From: Malacoraja senta
Taxonomy: Eukaryota
Direction: 5' to 3'
Length of the DNA: 64,000 nt
Assembly (NCBI GenBank): GCA_038087875.1
Contig: CM075989.1
Span: 3,038,001-3,102,000 of the forward strand
Shown here: positions 35,542 to 47,069 of the stretch, one piece after another
How positions within the stretch are numbered: the first letter of the stretch is position 1
Layout of the letters: each line of letters starts with the position of its first letter
Notes under the pieces: generated by a model
The model's input: the letters and a program-made list of their open reading frames with translations, nothing else
What the model was told of the DNA's origin: nothing
Database searches by the model: none
Translations under genes and position numbers: made by a program

Positions 35542-35793
35542 GGGCAGCACGGTGGCGCAGCGGTAGAGTTGCTGCCTTACAGCGCCAGAGACCCGGGTTC
35601 GAACCTGACTACAGGCGCTTTCTGTATGGAGTTTGTACGTTCTCCCCATGACGGCATGGGTTTCCTCCTACACTCCAAAGACGTACAGGTTGTAGGTTAA
35701 TTGGCTTTGGTAAAATTGTAAAATTGTCCCTTGGGTGTTGGCTAGTCTACAGGGATCACTGGTCGGCGTGTTGCTAAACTCAACTAAACTAAA
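35542..35793 (+). mobile_element. HE1/V-SINE-type SINE
   Basis: GGGCAGCACGGTGGCGCAGCGG head, B-box GGTTCGAACC and tail. Confidence 0.88.
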
Positions 35794-36419
35794 TGCAAAT
35801 ATGAGATCACCTATCTAACATTTCTCTTCATGGCTCTGTTGCTAATTTCTCAGCCTTTTTGATCTTCCAAAGGATGAAAGTTTCTCCTCATAAGTAAGTC
35901 ACGGAATTTAGCAAAGAAGCTTAACAATACTTAAATAATTGTCTCTTCAAACAGATTGAGTTTTCTCCCTAACCACCAAGTCTCTTTGTCTTCAGAGAAC
36001 ATAGAGAGCTGTGGATTTCTAGATCTTCTAAAGGGAAAGGAGAAAGGCTTTCATTTATATCCTCGGGATATTGCAGAGAACTTTGAAACCAATGTAGCTT
36101 TTTTTTTAAAGTTAGTCATAGGAGTTCACTTTGGGTCCTTGTAAGGTCCAAAGTTATAATGTGCTGGCTATCTCTTTTATAGACTGAAGGAGCATCAGAA
36201 GAAGACCACTCTCTTCTTTGATTAAGTCCCATGGGACCATTCACAAACATCTGAGGAGCACGCAGAACTTCATTGAAAATCAAGCACCTCTGACAAGCCA
36301 TGGCAGTCTCAAAGCTTCACCAGAACATCAGCTGAGATGTTTGGGTTCTTGATCTGGGTTTGGAGATTTCAGCTCATAATTCCAGAAAGTGGGGAAAATT
36401 GGAAAACCATCAATGGCAG

Positions 36420-36865
36420 CTTAGACTTTACTTTAGACTTTGCAGATACAGTGTGGAAACAGGCTCTTCAGCCTACAAAGTCCGCAATCTCCCCATACAC
36501 TAGCACTATCGTACATACAATTTACAGAACCCAATTAACCAACAAGTCTGTAGGTCTTTGAAGTGTGGGAGGATAGATAGATTCTTGATTAGTCAGGGGT
36601 TATGTGGAGGCAATAGAATGGGGTTGAGAGGGAAAGATAGATCAGCCACGATTGAATGGCGGAGTAGATTTGATGGGCCGACTGGCCTAATTCTGTCCCT
36701 ATCACTTATGAACCTATTAAAACCTTGAGCACCCGGAGAAAACTCACGTGGTCACAGGGAGAATGTGCAAACTCAATACAAACAGCACCCGTAGACAGGA
36801 TGGAACCTGGGTCTCTAGCGCTGTAAGGCAGCAACAATTCTGCTGTGCCACTGTGCCGACCCTGG
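36420..36865 (-). mobile_element. HE1-type SINE interrupted by a CR1 3' end (about 36572-36715)
   Basis: The SINE halves flank a plus-strand CR1 UTR. Confidence 0.65.
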
Positions 36866-38599
36866 GACTAGACTCCCTACTACTGGAAACATCCTCTCCA
36901 CAGCCACTCTATCTAGCCCTTTCATTATTTGATTTCTCGCAGATTTCAAAGCTGAGATGGCCAACGTTTTGTAATGCAAGAATGTGAATACACTTGGGAG
37001 GCAAGAACTCAGATCCCTGCCACTCCTTTGCTCGGCACAGATATCAGTGAAACAAGCAGACAGCACCAACGTTGTGTGCAGTCTGGAACATGTTGCACGA
37101 GCTGGACTTTAATCAATCATCACAAACTCAGCATATGTTTTCCAGTGTCATTCGATTTATCCTCTGTGGAACCAAGCCAGGTAAATTAAGTTAAAATAGC
37201 AAAAAGCCATTATCTAATGAAATGGCAGAGCAAGCCTGAGAAACTAGACCTATTCATAAGTTTCAACTCCGAGGAAAAACTGCCTCTTACCTTCAATGAT
37301 TTTACATTAAGGCTACAAAAATACAGGCAGCAACTTAGCAAGCGAGTGGCAGTGTAACACACCGGATAACAAGGACTTCACGTCCAATGTAAGACATATC
37401 TTTCGCTTCAATGAACCCATGTATGGTTTAATTAGTTGGTTTCAATACGGAGCTGGCCTTGACTCACCAGGTTATTATTTGAATACATTAGCAAGCCCAA
37501 TGAATTTCTATAAGAGTCATATCTACAATTTTCTCTTATCAGCTGGGAATTTCCAAGAAAGCTCAACGATGATTTGAACCAATTTTAGCAAGAGCTGCAT
37601 GGGTGATTATGAAGGACTGAATCCTTGAGTTCACTATAACATTGTGCTTATACAGAGCCCTGTGAGGGAGGCAAAGTCGCTGCATTGATGTGCGGGTAAT
37701 GGAGCTCGACACACGATTCCAGCCAATTTAAAAGTCTGACACTTGAATGGAACATGGAGGAAATCCATTACCCAGTAACACAGGTTCCGAAAAAAAGTTC
37801 CTCATTTTGTAAGATATTAAATTACTGAGAAAATTTCCATTTTAAGTGTGTTTATGTACCATACGCACCAGATAAGAACCGGGACAATAAAATTCCTACT
37901 TGCCGCAGCACATTAGACACAACAACGATGTGGTATAAAGGATCAGTTATTCTACACAAACCAGACCATGATATTACAAAACCAAGCCAAGTAGAACAAC
38001 TATAGCGGTGCGATGTGTGTAGGGTTCAGTGCTGAGGTAACGTTGGGCAGGGTGGTTTAAGAACCTGATGGATGAAGGAAAATGGCTGTTCCTGAGCCTG
38101 CAGGTAATGGTTCTCAAGCTCCTGTAGATAGAAACAAAATGCTGGAGTAACTCAACGGGTCAGGCTCAGACAACATCTCTGGAGAAAAAGAATAGGTGAT
38201 GATTTGGGTCGAGACCCTTCTTCAGACTTCTACAATCTGAAGAAGGGTCTCGATTCGAAAAGTCACCTGAAACATCGGCCCCCGTGGCGGCAACTGCGGA
38301 GGCCTCAATAGGCCCGACTATGGGTGGACAATGGGATGGGGACTGGACTTTGTGCCTTCCCTCACAGTGGGAACCATTGTGGGGGGATGTTTTTATGTTT
38401 TATGTTAAATTTCTTTACAATGTTATGTTGTATTCTTATTAATGTGCTGCAATGGCAACTTGAATTTCACTTCACCAATTGGTGTATGTGACTACAAATG
38501 AACCTTATGAACCTATGCCTTCTCTCAGAGATGCTGTATGTCCCGCTGAGTTACTCCAGCATGTTGTGTCTATGTTCGGTTTCAACCAGCATCCGCAGT

Positions 38600-38970
38600 T
38601 CCTTCCGTCAAATTTCTATACCTTCGTCTTGATGGCAGCAGTGAGAAGAGAGTGTGGCCAGGGTGGAGTGGGTCTTCGGTGATGTTAGATGCCTTCTTGA
38701 GGCAGCTCTTCCTGCAGATCCTTTCAGTGGTGGGGAGGTCAGTACCCGTGATGGACCTGGCAATGTCCACTCCCGTTCTGCAGGTTCATGAGTGCTTGAA
38801 TTTCCAAACCAGGCAGTGATGCAACCTGTCAGTATGCTCACCACTGCCCAGCTGTTGACGTTCAATGGAGTATCCGGTTACATGACAAACCTCCTCCAAC
38901 CTCTGAGGAAACAGAGCTGAGCTTTCTTTATGATTGTATCAATGTACTGGGCCCAGGATAGATCATCAGA
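38600..38970 (-). mobile_element. Old Rex1-like LINE fragment
   Basis: SILTGCITAWFGN and HPGHTLFSLLPSRRRYR in ORFs 38608-38865 and 38582-38770. Confidence 0.75.
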
Positions 38971-38974
38971 GTTT

Positions 38975-39795
38975 AGAAACATAGAAACATAGAAAATAGG
39001 TGGAGGAGTAGGCCATTCGGCCCTTTGCGCCAGTACCGCCATTCAATATGTTCATGGCTGATCATCCAAAATCAGTACCCCGTTCCTGCTTTTTCCCCAT
39101 ATCCCTTGATTCCGTTAGCCCTAAGAGCTAAATCTAACAGTTTAGAGATATAGGGTGGAAACAGGCCCTTTTGGCCCACTGAACCAGGGGCCACAATTTA
39201 AGAAGAAGGGGTAAGCCCTTTAGAACGGAGACGAGGAAACACTTTTTCTCACAGAGAGTTGTGAAATTCTGTGGAATTCTCTGCCTCAGAGGGCGGTGGA
39301 GGCCAGTTCTCTGGATACTTTCAAGAGAGAGCTAGATAGGCCTCTTAAAGATAGCAGAGTCAGGGGATATGGGGAGAAGGCAGGAACGGGGTACTGATTG
39401 GGGATGATCAGCCATGATCACATTGAATGGCGGTGCAGGCTCGAAGGGCCGATGGCCTACTCCTGCACCTATTGTCTATTGTCTATTGTCTATTGTCTAT
39501 TGCAACCAGCCAGCACCGCCATTCATTGTGATGATGGCTGATCGTCCCCAATCAATAACCCGTGCCTGCCTTCTCCCCCTATCCCTTGATTCCACTGACC
39601 CCTAGAGCTCTATCTAACTCTTTCTTAAATCCATCCAGTGATTTGGCCTCCACTGCCCTCGGTGGCAGGGAATTCCACAAATTCACAACTCTCTGGGTGA
39701 AAAAGTTTTTTCTCACCTCAGTTTTAAATGGCCTCCCCTTTATTCTAAGACTGTGGGCCCTGATTCTGGACTCGCCCAACATTGGGAACATTTTC
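38975..39795. mobile_element. Cluster of CR1 3' ends in alternating orientation
   Basis: Minus at 38975-39140, plus at 39185-39501 with a (TATTGTC)n tail, minus at 39510-39795 (ORF 39579-39791). Confidence 0.8.
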
Positions 39796-39856
39796 TATAT
39801 CTCTCTACATCAGCATTGATGTCTGTCTCTCGTTTCACTTTACCCTGACCCTCAGT

Positions 39857-39884
39857 CTGACGAAGGGTCTCGACCCGAAACGTC
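39857..39884 (+). ncRNA. Minimal hammerhead ribozyme motif
   Basis: CTGACGA-A-GGGT(CTCG)ACCC-GAAA-CGTC. Confidence 0.75.
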
Positions 39885-40409
39885 GCCTGTTACTTTTCTC
39901 CAAAGATGCTGCCTGACCTGAGTTACTCCAGCACTTTGCGTCTGTCTATAGCAGATTGACTGCATGCCTCTTTAAGAGCATCAGTTCCAATACATTCATT
40001 ATTGGGATAAAACCAACAACAGATGCTCATTAAATGATAAATTTGTTTCAAGACAAAAGGTGTTTTCGTGTTCACCAGACGTATCTCAATTTGTATGGAA
40101 CTGCAGATTAATATTTGGAAAGAATATGTTCTATTGACTGTTCACAAAAGCACATCGCCTCTCTGAACATATCCTGACTGAACATTTTTAACTACTTCAA
40201 TGTCAGGTTAATTCTGCAAACAGTTTTTAGCATTAGTCAATGCTTAAAAATCAAAATCATAGAATGATAACGATACACGAGGAAGCCATTCAACCCATCA
40301 ATTCCTTGCCAGCTCTGCGGGGAACAATCCAGGCAATTCCAGCCCCCTGCTGTTTCCCTGTCAACCCGGAAATATATTTTTATTTTAGTTCCAATCCTAA
40401 TTCCTACCC

Positions 40410-40475
40410 AAATTTGAGGAATAGCACCTCATATTTCGCTTGGGCAGCTTACAACCCAGCAGTATGAATATTAAC
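40410..40475 (+). mobile_element. Penelope GIY-YIG C-terminal remnant
   Basis: Translates LEE*HLIFRLGSLQPSSMNIN. The continuation NIDLSNFK* plus 3' repeat resumes at about 45870, after the CR1+DIRS insertion. Confidence 0.65.
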
Positions 40476-41053
40476 ATAGAAACATAGAAACATAGAAAAT
40501 AGGTGCAGGAGGAGGCCATTCGGCCCTTCGAGTCAGAACTGCCATTTATTGTGATCATGGTTCATCGTCATAAATCGATAACCCGTGCCTGCCTTCTCCC
40601 CATATCCCTTGATTCCACTAGCCCCTAGAGCTCTATCTAACTCTCTCTTAAATCCATCCAGTGACTTGGCCTCCACTGCCCTCTGTGGCAGGGAATTCCA
40701 CAAATTCACAACTCTGGGTGAATAAGTTTTTTCTCACCTCAGTCTTAAATGGCCTCCCCTTTATTCTAAGACTGTGGCCCCTGGTTCTGGACTCGCCCAA
40801 CATTGTGAACATTTTTCCTGCATCTTGCTTGTCCAGTCCTTTTATAATTTTACTTCGGAGTCACGTGAGTGACTACGTGAAGATCCCGCTCAGTGCGCAG
40901 GCGCGGCATTACGCCAGCAGTGCAACAGCGGTGGCAGCTGGAGTTAGGCTCTCCGGCTGCAGTTTAAAAAACGGACCGTTAGGTAAGTATACTGAAGTAG
41001 TGGAAGATCTAACGGAGAAGGAGAGTCGTTGTGTGGTGTGTTCTTTACAAAAA

Positions 41054-42239
41054 TGAGTACACTCAGGAAAAGACTCTCGAAGAGAACTGCCCCCAGCTCA
41101 ACTCCACCAGAGGAGCGTTTAATCTCAGGGGGGCAGCAACAGGCGGCAGGACCGCTCATAGAGCGCTCCGCTATCCCCGAGACCGAGCCAAGCCCAGTCC
41201 CGCTAATGCCTGAACAGCGGACAGGGAGGAAATCCACCAGAAAAACTAACCGGCCGGTAATTTCCGATTCGTCGGATGGGGACATGTCTCCACCTAAACG
41301 GAGGAGAGACAGCCGCCTGAGCTTACAACAGCTCTTGGAGCAGATGCGCCAGCGGGATACGCAGAAAGAGCGTTCTCGCGGAGGAAGGTCAGGCACCTCC
41401 TCCACAGTGTCTTGTGCACTGCCCTCTGCTCCCTCATTACTGGCGGCTAGCATGGGTGACCAAGGTTGGGCTGGTCTGGAACAGGGGCTGGCAGACGAGC
41501 TCGGGAGTATGCAAGGGGTGCAGGAGCAGGAAGAGCTGCTGGGTGTGGTGGACCACTATGTAGCAACCCCACGTGCTGGAAGACCGCTGGAACCAAAAAT
41601 GGCGGCCAGCATCAATCATCTTTCCAATAAGCCCTTGCAGGAGAAGGTGCTTATTGAGGTGCTAGAACTCTACACAGCACCAGAGAACTGTGAGGCCCTC
41701 AGAGTGAAGACTGTGAACAGCCAAATCTGGGGGCACGTGGGGTCACACATTCGTAACCATGAACTAAAGCTACAGCGGATCCTAAGGCCTGACGTCGGCC
41801 ATCACAGCCTTTGCTCGTTCTGTGGAAAGCACGGAGATGGATACTTGCCAGCAGGATGTGCTGGCACTGATGTGCAACACACAATTTGAGATCAATAATC
41901 TCCGGCGGGAAAACATAAGACCTGCCCTCAATCCCAAATGTGCTGGGTTGTGCAGAGCCCCAGCTGCAGAAACGGACTTTCGGCCTCATGAGGGCAGGCC
42001 CCGGGACGAGCAAACCAAGACCTACAATACCCAAGCGGCAGCACCCCACGGCATCCACCAGTCGACGTCCTCAATATGGGACTGGTGAAAGCTCGGGGAC
42101 CGCATTTTATCCCCAAAGATCTTTTTTAGATCAGGGCCCAGAGCGGACCCCATGGAAAATGCGCCACCCCCCAACATCGCCAGCACGTCAGACAAGCAAA
42201 GCCTACAAGAACATGATGAAACAAAAGAAACGCCAATAA
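41054..42239 (+). pseudogene. DIRS ORF1 (gag-like), frameshifted
   Basis: ORFs 41029-41889, 41822-42088 and 41940-42239 lie in the ORF1 position. Confidence 0.6.
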
Positions 42240-44169
42240 CCATGGAGGTAGGTGGGTCTGGTTCCTGCCAGCATATAGAGAATAAGGGTGCTTTACTAAC
42301 AGGGGGGAGATTACACTTGTTTAAAGAAGCATGGGGTACTGTCACGAGTGACAAGTATATACTCAACAGCATTAGTGGATATAAAATTCAGTTCATGTCA
42401 GAGAAATCGCCGCCAGTTCAACATTGGCCCCAAAGGGTATTTTCTCCCTCCGTCAAAGAGAAACATGAGGGACAAGCTGAACTGGTGAGACTTATCACAA
42501 AGGGGGTCATCCAAAAGACCAAACATGAACCTTTGGAATTTGTATCAAATATATTCACTAAAACCAAAAAAGATGGTGGATGTCGCATCATCATTGACTT
42601 GACATCACTAAATAAGTTTGTTAAGTTTCAAAATGGAGACATTTGTTACTGCCAAACAACTGATTTCCAAAGGATACTTCATGGCAAGCATTGATCTTAA
42701 AGATGCTTACTATCTAATACCCATACACAAGGATCATTGCAGATACCTAAAATATATCTGGTTGGGGCAGCTGTGGCAGTACAAAGCATTGCCCAATGGG
42801 CTAACTTCAGCCCCAAGATTATTCACCAAAATATTGAAAATAGCCATGGCAATCATAAGAAAACAAAAACATATTGTCATGGCATAGTTGGATGATATTC
42901 TGATAGTAGGGAAAATGATGGAATTGGCTGTGGCAGCAGTATCAGCTACAAAACAGCTCCTCGAAACTCTGGGGTTCGTCCTACATCCAGATAAATCTAA
43001 GTTGAAGCCATCCACTATCATGGACTACCTGGGCTTCACAATTAACTCAGTCCATATGACTGTTACCTTGCCAAAGGAAAAAATGGTTGTATTAGCACAA
43101 TCATGCAACAATTTAATGGTCAACAAACGACCAACTATTCGACAAGTAGCAAGAGTGATTGGGAAAATGGTAGCAGCATTTCCAGCTACACAATTCGGAC
43201 CTTTGCACTATCAAAATTTACAAAGAGCAAAGGTACAGGCACTAAAACGACATACAGGTCACTATGATCGTGTCATGCAATTACCCACTGAAGCAATATC
43301 AGAGCTACAGTGGTGGGCAGAAAATGTTTGGCATAGTTTCAGCTCTATCATCATCACTAACCCTACTTTAGTTCTTCAAACAGATGCCAGTGCTCAAGGC
43401 TGGGGAGCAACTAACTCCATATCCAGCACAGGTGGTAGATGGACTAACCTAGAGTCATCATTACTACTGACACTGGGCATTAACTATCTAGAGATGTTGG
43501 GCGCCTTTTATGGGTTAAAAGCATATGTATCTAATATGCAGCACTTGCATGTTCGGTTACAGATTGATAATACTACGGTGGTGGCTTATATTAACCATAT
43601 GGGTGGCATAAAATCATTATCATGCAACAAATTGGTCAACGTGATTTGGCAATGGTGTGTCGAAAGACATATTTGGTTATCAGCTACTTATCTACCAGGT
43701 AAGCTAAACACAGTGGCAGACACCAGGTTATGGCAAATTCAATGATAACATCGAATAGATGTTAAACCCTAAAGTATTTGCTAAAGTTATTAAGCAGTAT
43801 GGAACGCCAGATATCGATTTATTTGCATCAAGACTAAATCACCAGTTACCTATGTATGTCCCTTAGGAACCAGACCCAGAGGCAGCAGCGGTAGATGCCT
43901 TCACGCTGGATTGGGGAAATGTCTTCTTCTATGCTTTCCCTCCCTTCTGCCTCATCAGTCGGGTACTTCGCAAAATACAGATGGACTCTGCTTCTGGAAT
44001 TTTGATGGTGCCCGACTGGCCTACACAGCCATGGTTCCCGGTTCTACATGACATGGTGGTTGAGTCACCAATGGTCTTTCCCAGTGATCCAGGATTATTA
44101 ACTCACCCAGTATCAGGGATAAGCCACCCATGCCATGAGAAAATTAAACTCCTGGGTTGCAGGTTTTGA
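42152..44169 (+). pseudogene. DIRS RT / RNase H / methyltransferase-like ORF, disrupted
   Basis: GGRL, SIDLKDAY, LPNGLTSAPRLFTK, A*LDD (catalytic Y replaced by a stop), QTDASAQGWGA, INYLEM, IDNTT, DIDLFAS and YAFPPF. Confidence 0.9.
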
Positions 44170-45140
44170 ATAGACCTTACCTGGAACTGGGATTGTCCGA
44201 ACGAACCATCAACACCATGTCGGCATCCCTTCGAACATCCACCAAGAGGCAGTACTTAATCAGCATAAGAAAATGGGAGAAGTACTGCCAGGAAACAGGG
44301 ACAACGTATGCAACAGCCACAGCCACCAACGTACTGGAGTTCCTGGCCCATCTACACCATGATGAAGGGATCAGTTACAGTGCCATCAACACAGCGCAGA
44401 GTGCTCTTTCTGCTTATCTCAAACCAGCAGGACAACAGGCAATGGGATCCCATCCACTGGTGGTAAAACTGATGAAGGGCATTTATAATATCAAGCCCCC
44501 TAAACCCAGGTATACCCATATTTGGGATATCAGTGTGGTCCTGACATACTTCAGGGAATGGCCACCAGCCAGATCCCTCAGCCTCGACCAATCTACACTA
44601 AAGACGCTCATGTTGATGGCACTTGTATCCGCTCAGAGGGTCCAGTCACTACACAAGTTAAGGCTGGACAACATGGTGACCACCCCAGATCAGATCACAT
44701 TCATCATACAGGGTCTGGTGAAGCAAAGCAGGCCAGGAACAGCTAATCCACTGGTGGTATTCCGGGCCTACCCACAAGAGCCACGGTTGTGTGTCGTGAC
44801 CCATCTACAACATTACATAGACACAACCCACAATATCAGAGGGAGTGAAAAAGCCTTATGGGTCAGCCACAAGAAACCTCATGGCCGGGTAACGAGCCAA
44901 ACCATTTCAAGATGGCTCAAACAGGTACTGAAGGCTGCCGGAATAGATACTAATACATTTAAATCTCATTCCACTAGGGCAGCATCTACATCAACGGCCG
45001 AGAGAATGGACGTATCGGTTGACCATATTCTGAATACAGCAGGATGGTCGAGGGAAACGACATTCAGAACTTCTTATAATAAGCCGTTGATGAAACCTGA
45101 TTTATTTGCAGAGCAAATATTACAAGCTGCAAATATTTAA
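44157..45140 (+). CDS. DIRS tyrosine recombinase (open frame, 327 aa)
   Basis: Catalytic residues present: AQR, K (VKQSR), HSTR, AGWS and TFRTSY. Confidence 0.9.
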   Translation: MQVLNRPYLELGLSERTINTMSASLRTSTKRQYLISIRKWEKYCQETGTTYATATATNVLEFLAHLHHDEGISYSAINTAQSALSAYLKPAGQQAMGSHPLVVKLMKGIYNIKPPKPRYTHIWDISVVLTYFREWPPARSLSLDQSTLKTLMLMALVSAQRVQSLHKLRLDNMVTTPDQITFIIQGLVKQSRPGTANPLVVFRAYPQEPRLCVVTHLQHYIDTTHNIRGSEKALWVSHKKPHGRVTSQTISRWLKQVLKAAGIDTNTFKSHSTRAASTSTAERMDVSVDHILNTAGWSRETTFRTSYNKPLMKPDLFAEQILQAANI

Positions 45141-45869
45141 TTTAAGCCCGGGGGAGCTATTTAATTTTTGTTATTGTTAATAAATACCTTTTTTGTTTCT
45201 TGAGAAACAGATTCATTGGTTGATTACGATAACACTTCCTCCCTCAAGAACTTCGGCAGTGAGTGAAATAAAACTGTTACACGGTTTGAAATCACAGAGC
45301 TTTGAAGTCTTCACGTAGTCACTCACGTGACTCCGAAGTAAAATAGTAAGATTAAACGAGAACTTACCAGTTTGAAGTTTGATCTGTATTTTATGAGGAG
45401 TTACGATGAGGGATTACGTGCCCTCCGCTCCTACCCTCATTATATGGATCAAACTAATAAATTGATGTCTCCTTTTCTTTACTATGTTTACTTCAAATAC
45501 CTGTGTTTATCTGTGATTCCACACCGCTGCTTGGAAGTATGCCGCGCCTACGCACTGAGCGGGTTCTTCACGTAATCCCTCATCGTAACGCCTCATAAAA
45601 TACAGATCAAACTTCAAACTGGTAAGTTCTCGTTTAATCTTACTATTTTATATGTTTCTATAAGATCCCCCCTCATCTTTCTAAACTCCAGTGAATACAA
45701 GCCTAGTCTTTTCAATCTTTCCTCATATGACAGTCCCGCCATCCCAGGGATCAATCTCGTGAACCTACGCTGCACTGCCTCAATCACAAGGATGTCCTTC
45801 CTCAAATTAGGAGACCAAAACTGTACACAATACTCGAGATGTGGTCTTACCTGAGCCCTATACAACTGC

Positions 45870-46215
45870 AATATTGACTTGTCTAACTTCAAGTAACCCT
45901 TGCTTTCCCCCTCTCTCTCCCTGTCCCTCCCCATCCTCGTTCTCCGACTAGTTCTACACTCCTCCTGATTAAATATTACTGATTTTATGCCGCATTGTCA
46001 CCCCCCCCTCAGCTAACATTGAACCTTTCTACAAATCCTTTTAAACTTCTGCTTTGATCTGTCATTTTCACACCTCCCCCTTCCATATCTCTAAGTTCCC
46101 TTTCCCTTGACTCTCAGTCTGAAGAAAGGTCTCAACCTGAAATGTCACCCATTTCTTCTCTCCAGAGATGCTGCCTGTCCCGCTGAGTTACTCCAGCACA
46201 TAGTGTCTATTTTCG
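45870..46215 (+). mobile_element. Penelope-like ORF end, 3' UTR and hammerhead-like repeat
   Basis: NIDLSNFK*, then a pyrimidine-rich UTR, then CTGAAGA-A-AGGT(CTCA)ACCT-GAAATGTC at about 46119. Confidence 0.7.
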
Positions 46216-46607
46216 GCCCTGGTTGCAGAGAACTCTAATCACTACCGTGTCCACATGAAAAATCTTATCCTGAAGAGTAGAGAAAGTGGGAAAGAAGACA
46301 TATGGTATGCTTGCCTTCATTGGTTGGGGCATTGAAATATAGAAACATAGAAATAGGTGCAGAAGTAGGCCATTCGGCCCTTCGAGCCAGCACCGCCATT
46401 CAATATGATCATGACTGATCACCCAAAATCAGTTCCCCGTTCCTGCTTTTTCCCCATATCCCTTGATTCCTTTGGCCCTAAGAGCTAAATCTAATTCTCT
46501 CTTGAAAACATGCAGTGAATTGGCCTCCACTGCCATCTGTGGCAGAGAATTCCACAGATTCACAACTCTCTGGGTGAAAAAGTTATTGAATATTAGAGTG
46601 AGGAAGT

Positions 46608-46893
46608 CTGCAGCGGTAGAGTTGCTGCCTTACAGCTCCAGAGACCCAGGTTCGATCCTGACTATGGGGGCTGTCTGCACGGAGTTTGTACGTTCTTCCC
46701 GTGACCACGTGGGTTTTCTCCAGATGCTCCGGTTTCCTCCCACACTCCAAAGATTTATAGGTTTGGCTTTATACAATTGTAAGTTGTCCCTAGTGTGTGT
46801 AGGATAGTGTAAGTGTGCAGGTATCATTGGTCGGTGCGGACAAGGTGGGCCGAAGGGCCCGTTTCTGCGCTGTATCTCTAAACTAAGCTAAAG
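46608..46893 (+). mobile_element. HE1/V-SINE-type SINE (5'-clipped)
   Basis: B-box, V-domain and CR1 tail. Confidence 0.85.
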
Positions 46894-47069
46894 TCATGTT
46901 GCAGCTGTATCAGACTTTGGTTAGGCTGCATTTGGAGCATTGCGTGCAGTTCTGGTCACCCCGTTACAGGAAGGATTTGGAGGTTTTGAAGAGAGTGCAG
47001 AAAAAGATCACCAGAATGTTGCCTGGATTGCAAGGTGTAAGTGGAGGCAGGACAAGCTTGGGTTGTTTT

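Larger units (their letters stand above)
40847..45650 (+). mobile_element. DIRS1-type tyrosine-recombinase retrotransposon, copy 2 (full length)
   Basis: Same termini as copy 1; ICR at 45308-45420; right inverted repeat at about 45539-45650; gag-like, RT/RH/MT and YR ORFs. Confidence 0.95.
40476..45870 (-). mobile_element. CR1 LINE 3' fragment split by DIRS copy 2
   Basis: 3' end at 40476-40846 and RT tail at 45651-45870 (ORF 45614-45934) join as ...CCTTTTATAATTTTATATGTTTC. Confidence 0.85.

Noticed and set aside
44157..45140. Prophage integrase or bacterial contamination
   Set aside because: The recombinase lies within a DIRS element with RT, terminal inverted repeats and ICR, embedded in a vertebrate CR1.
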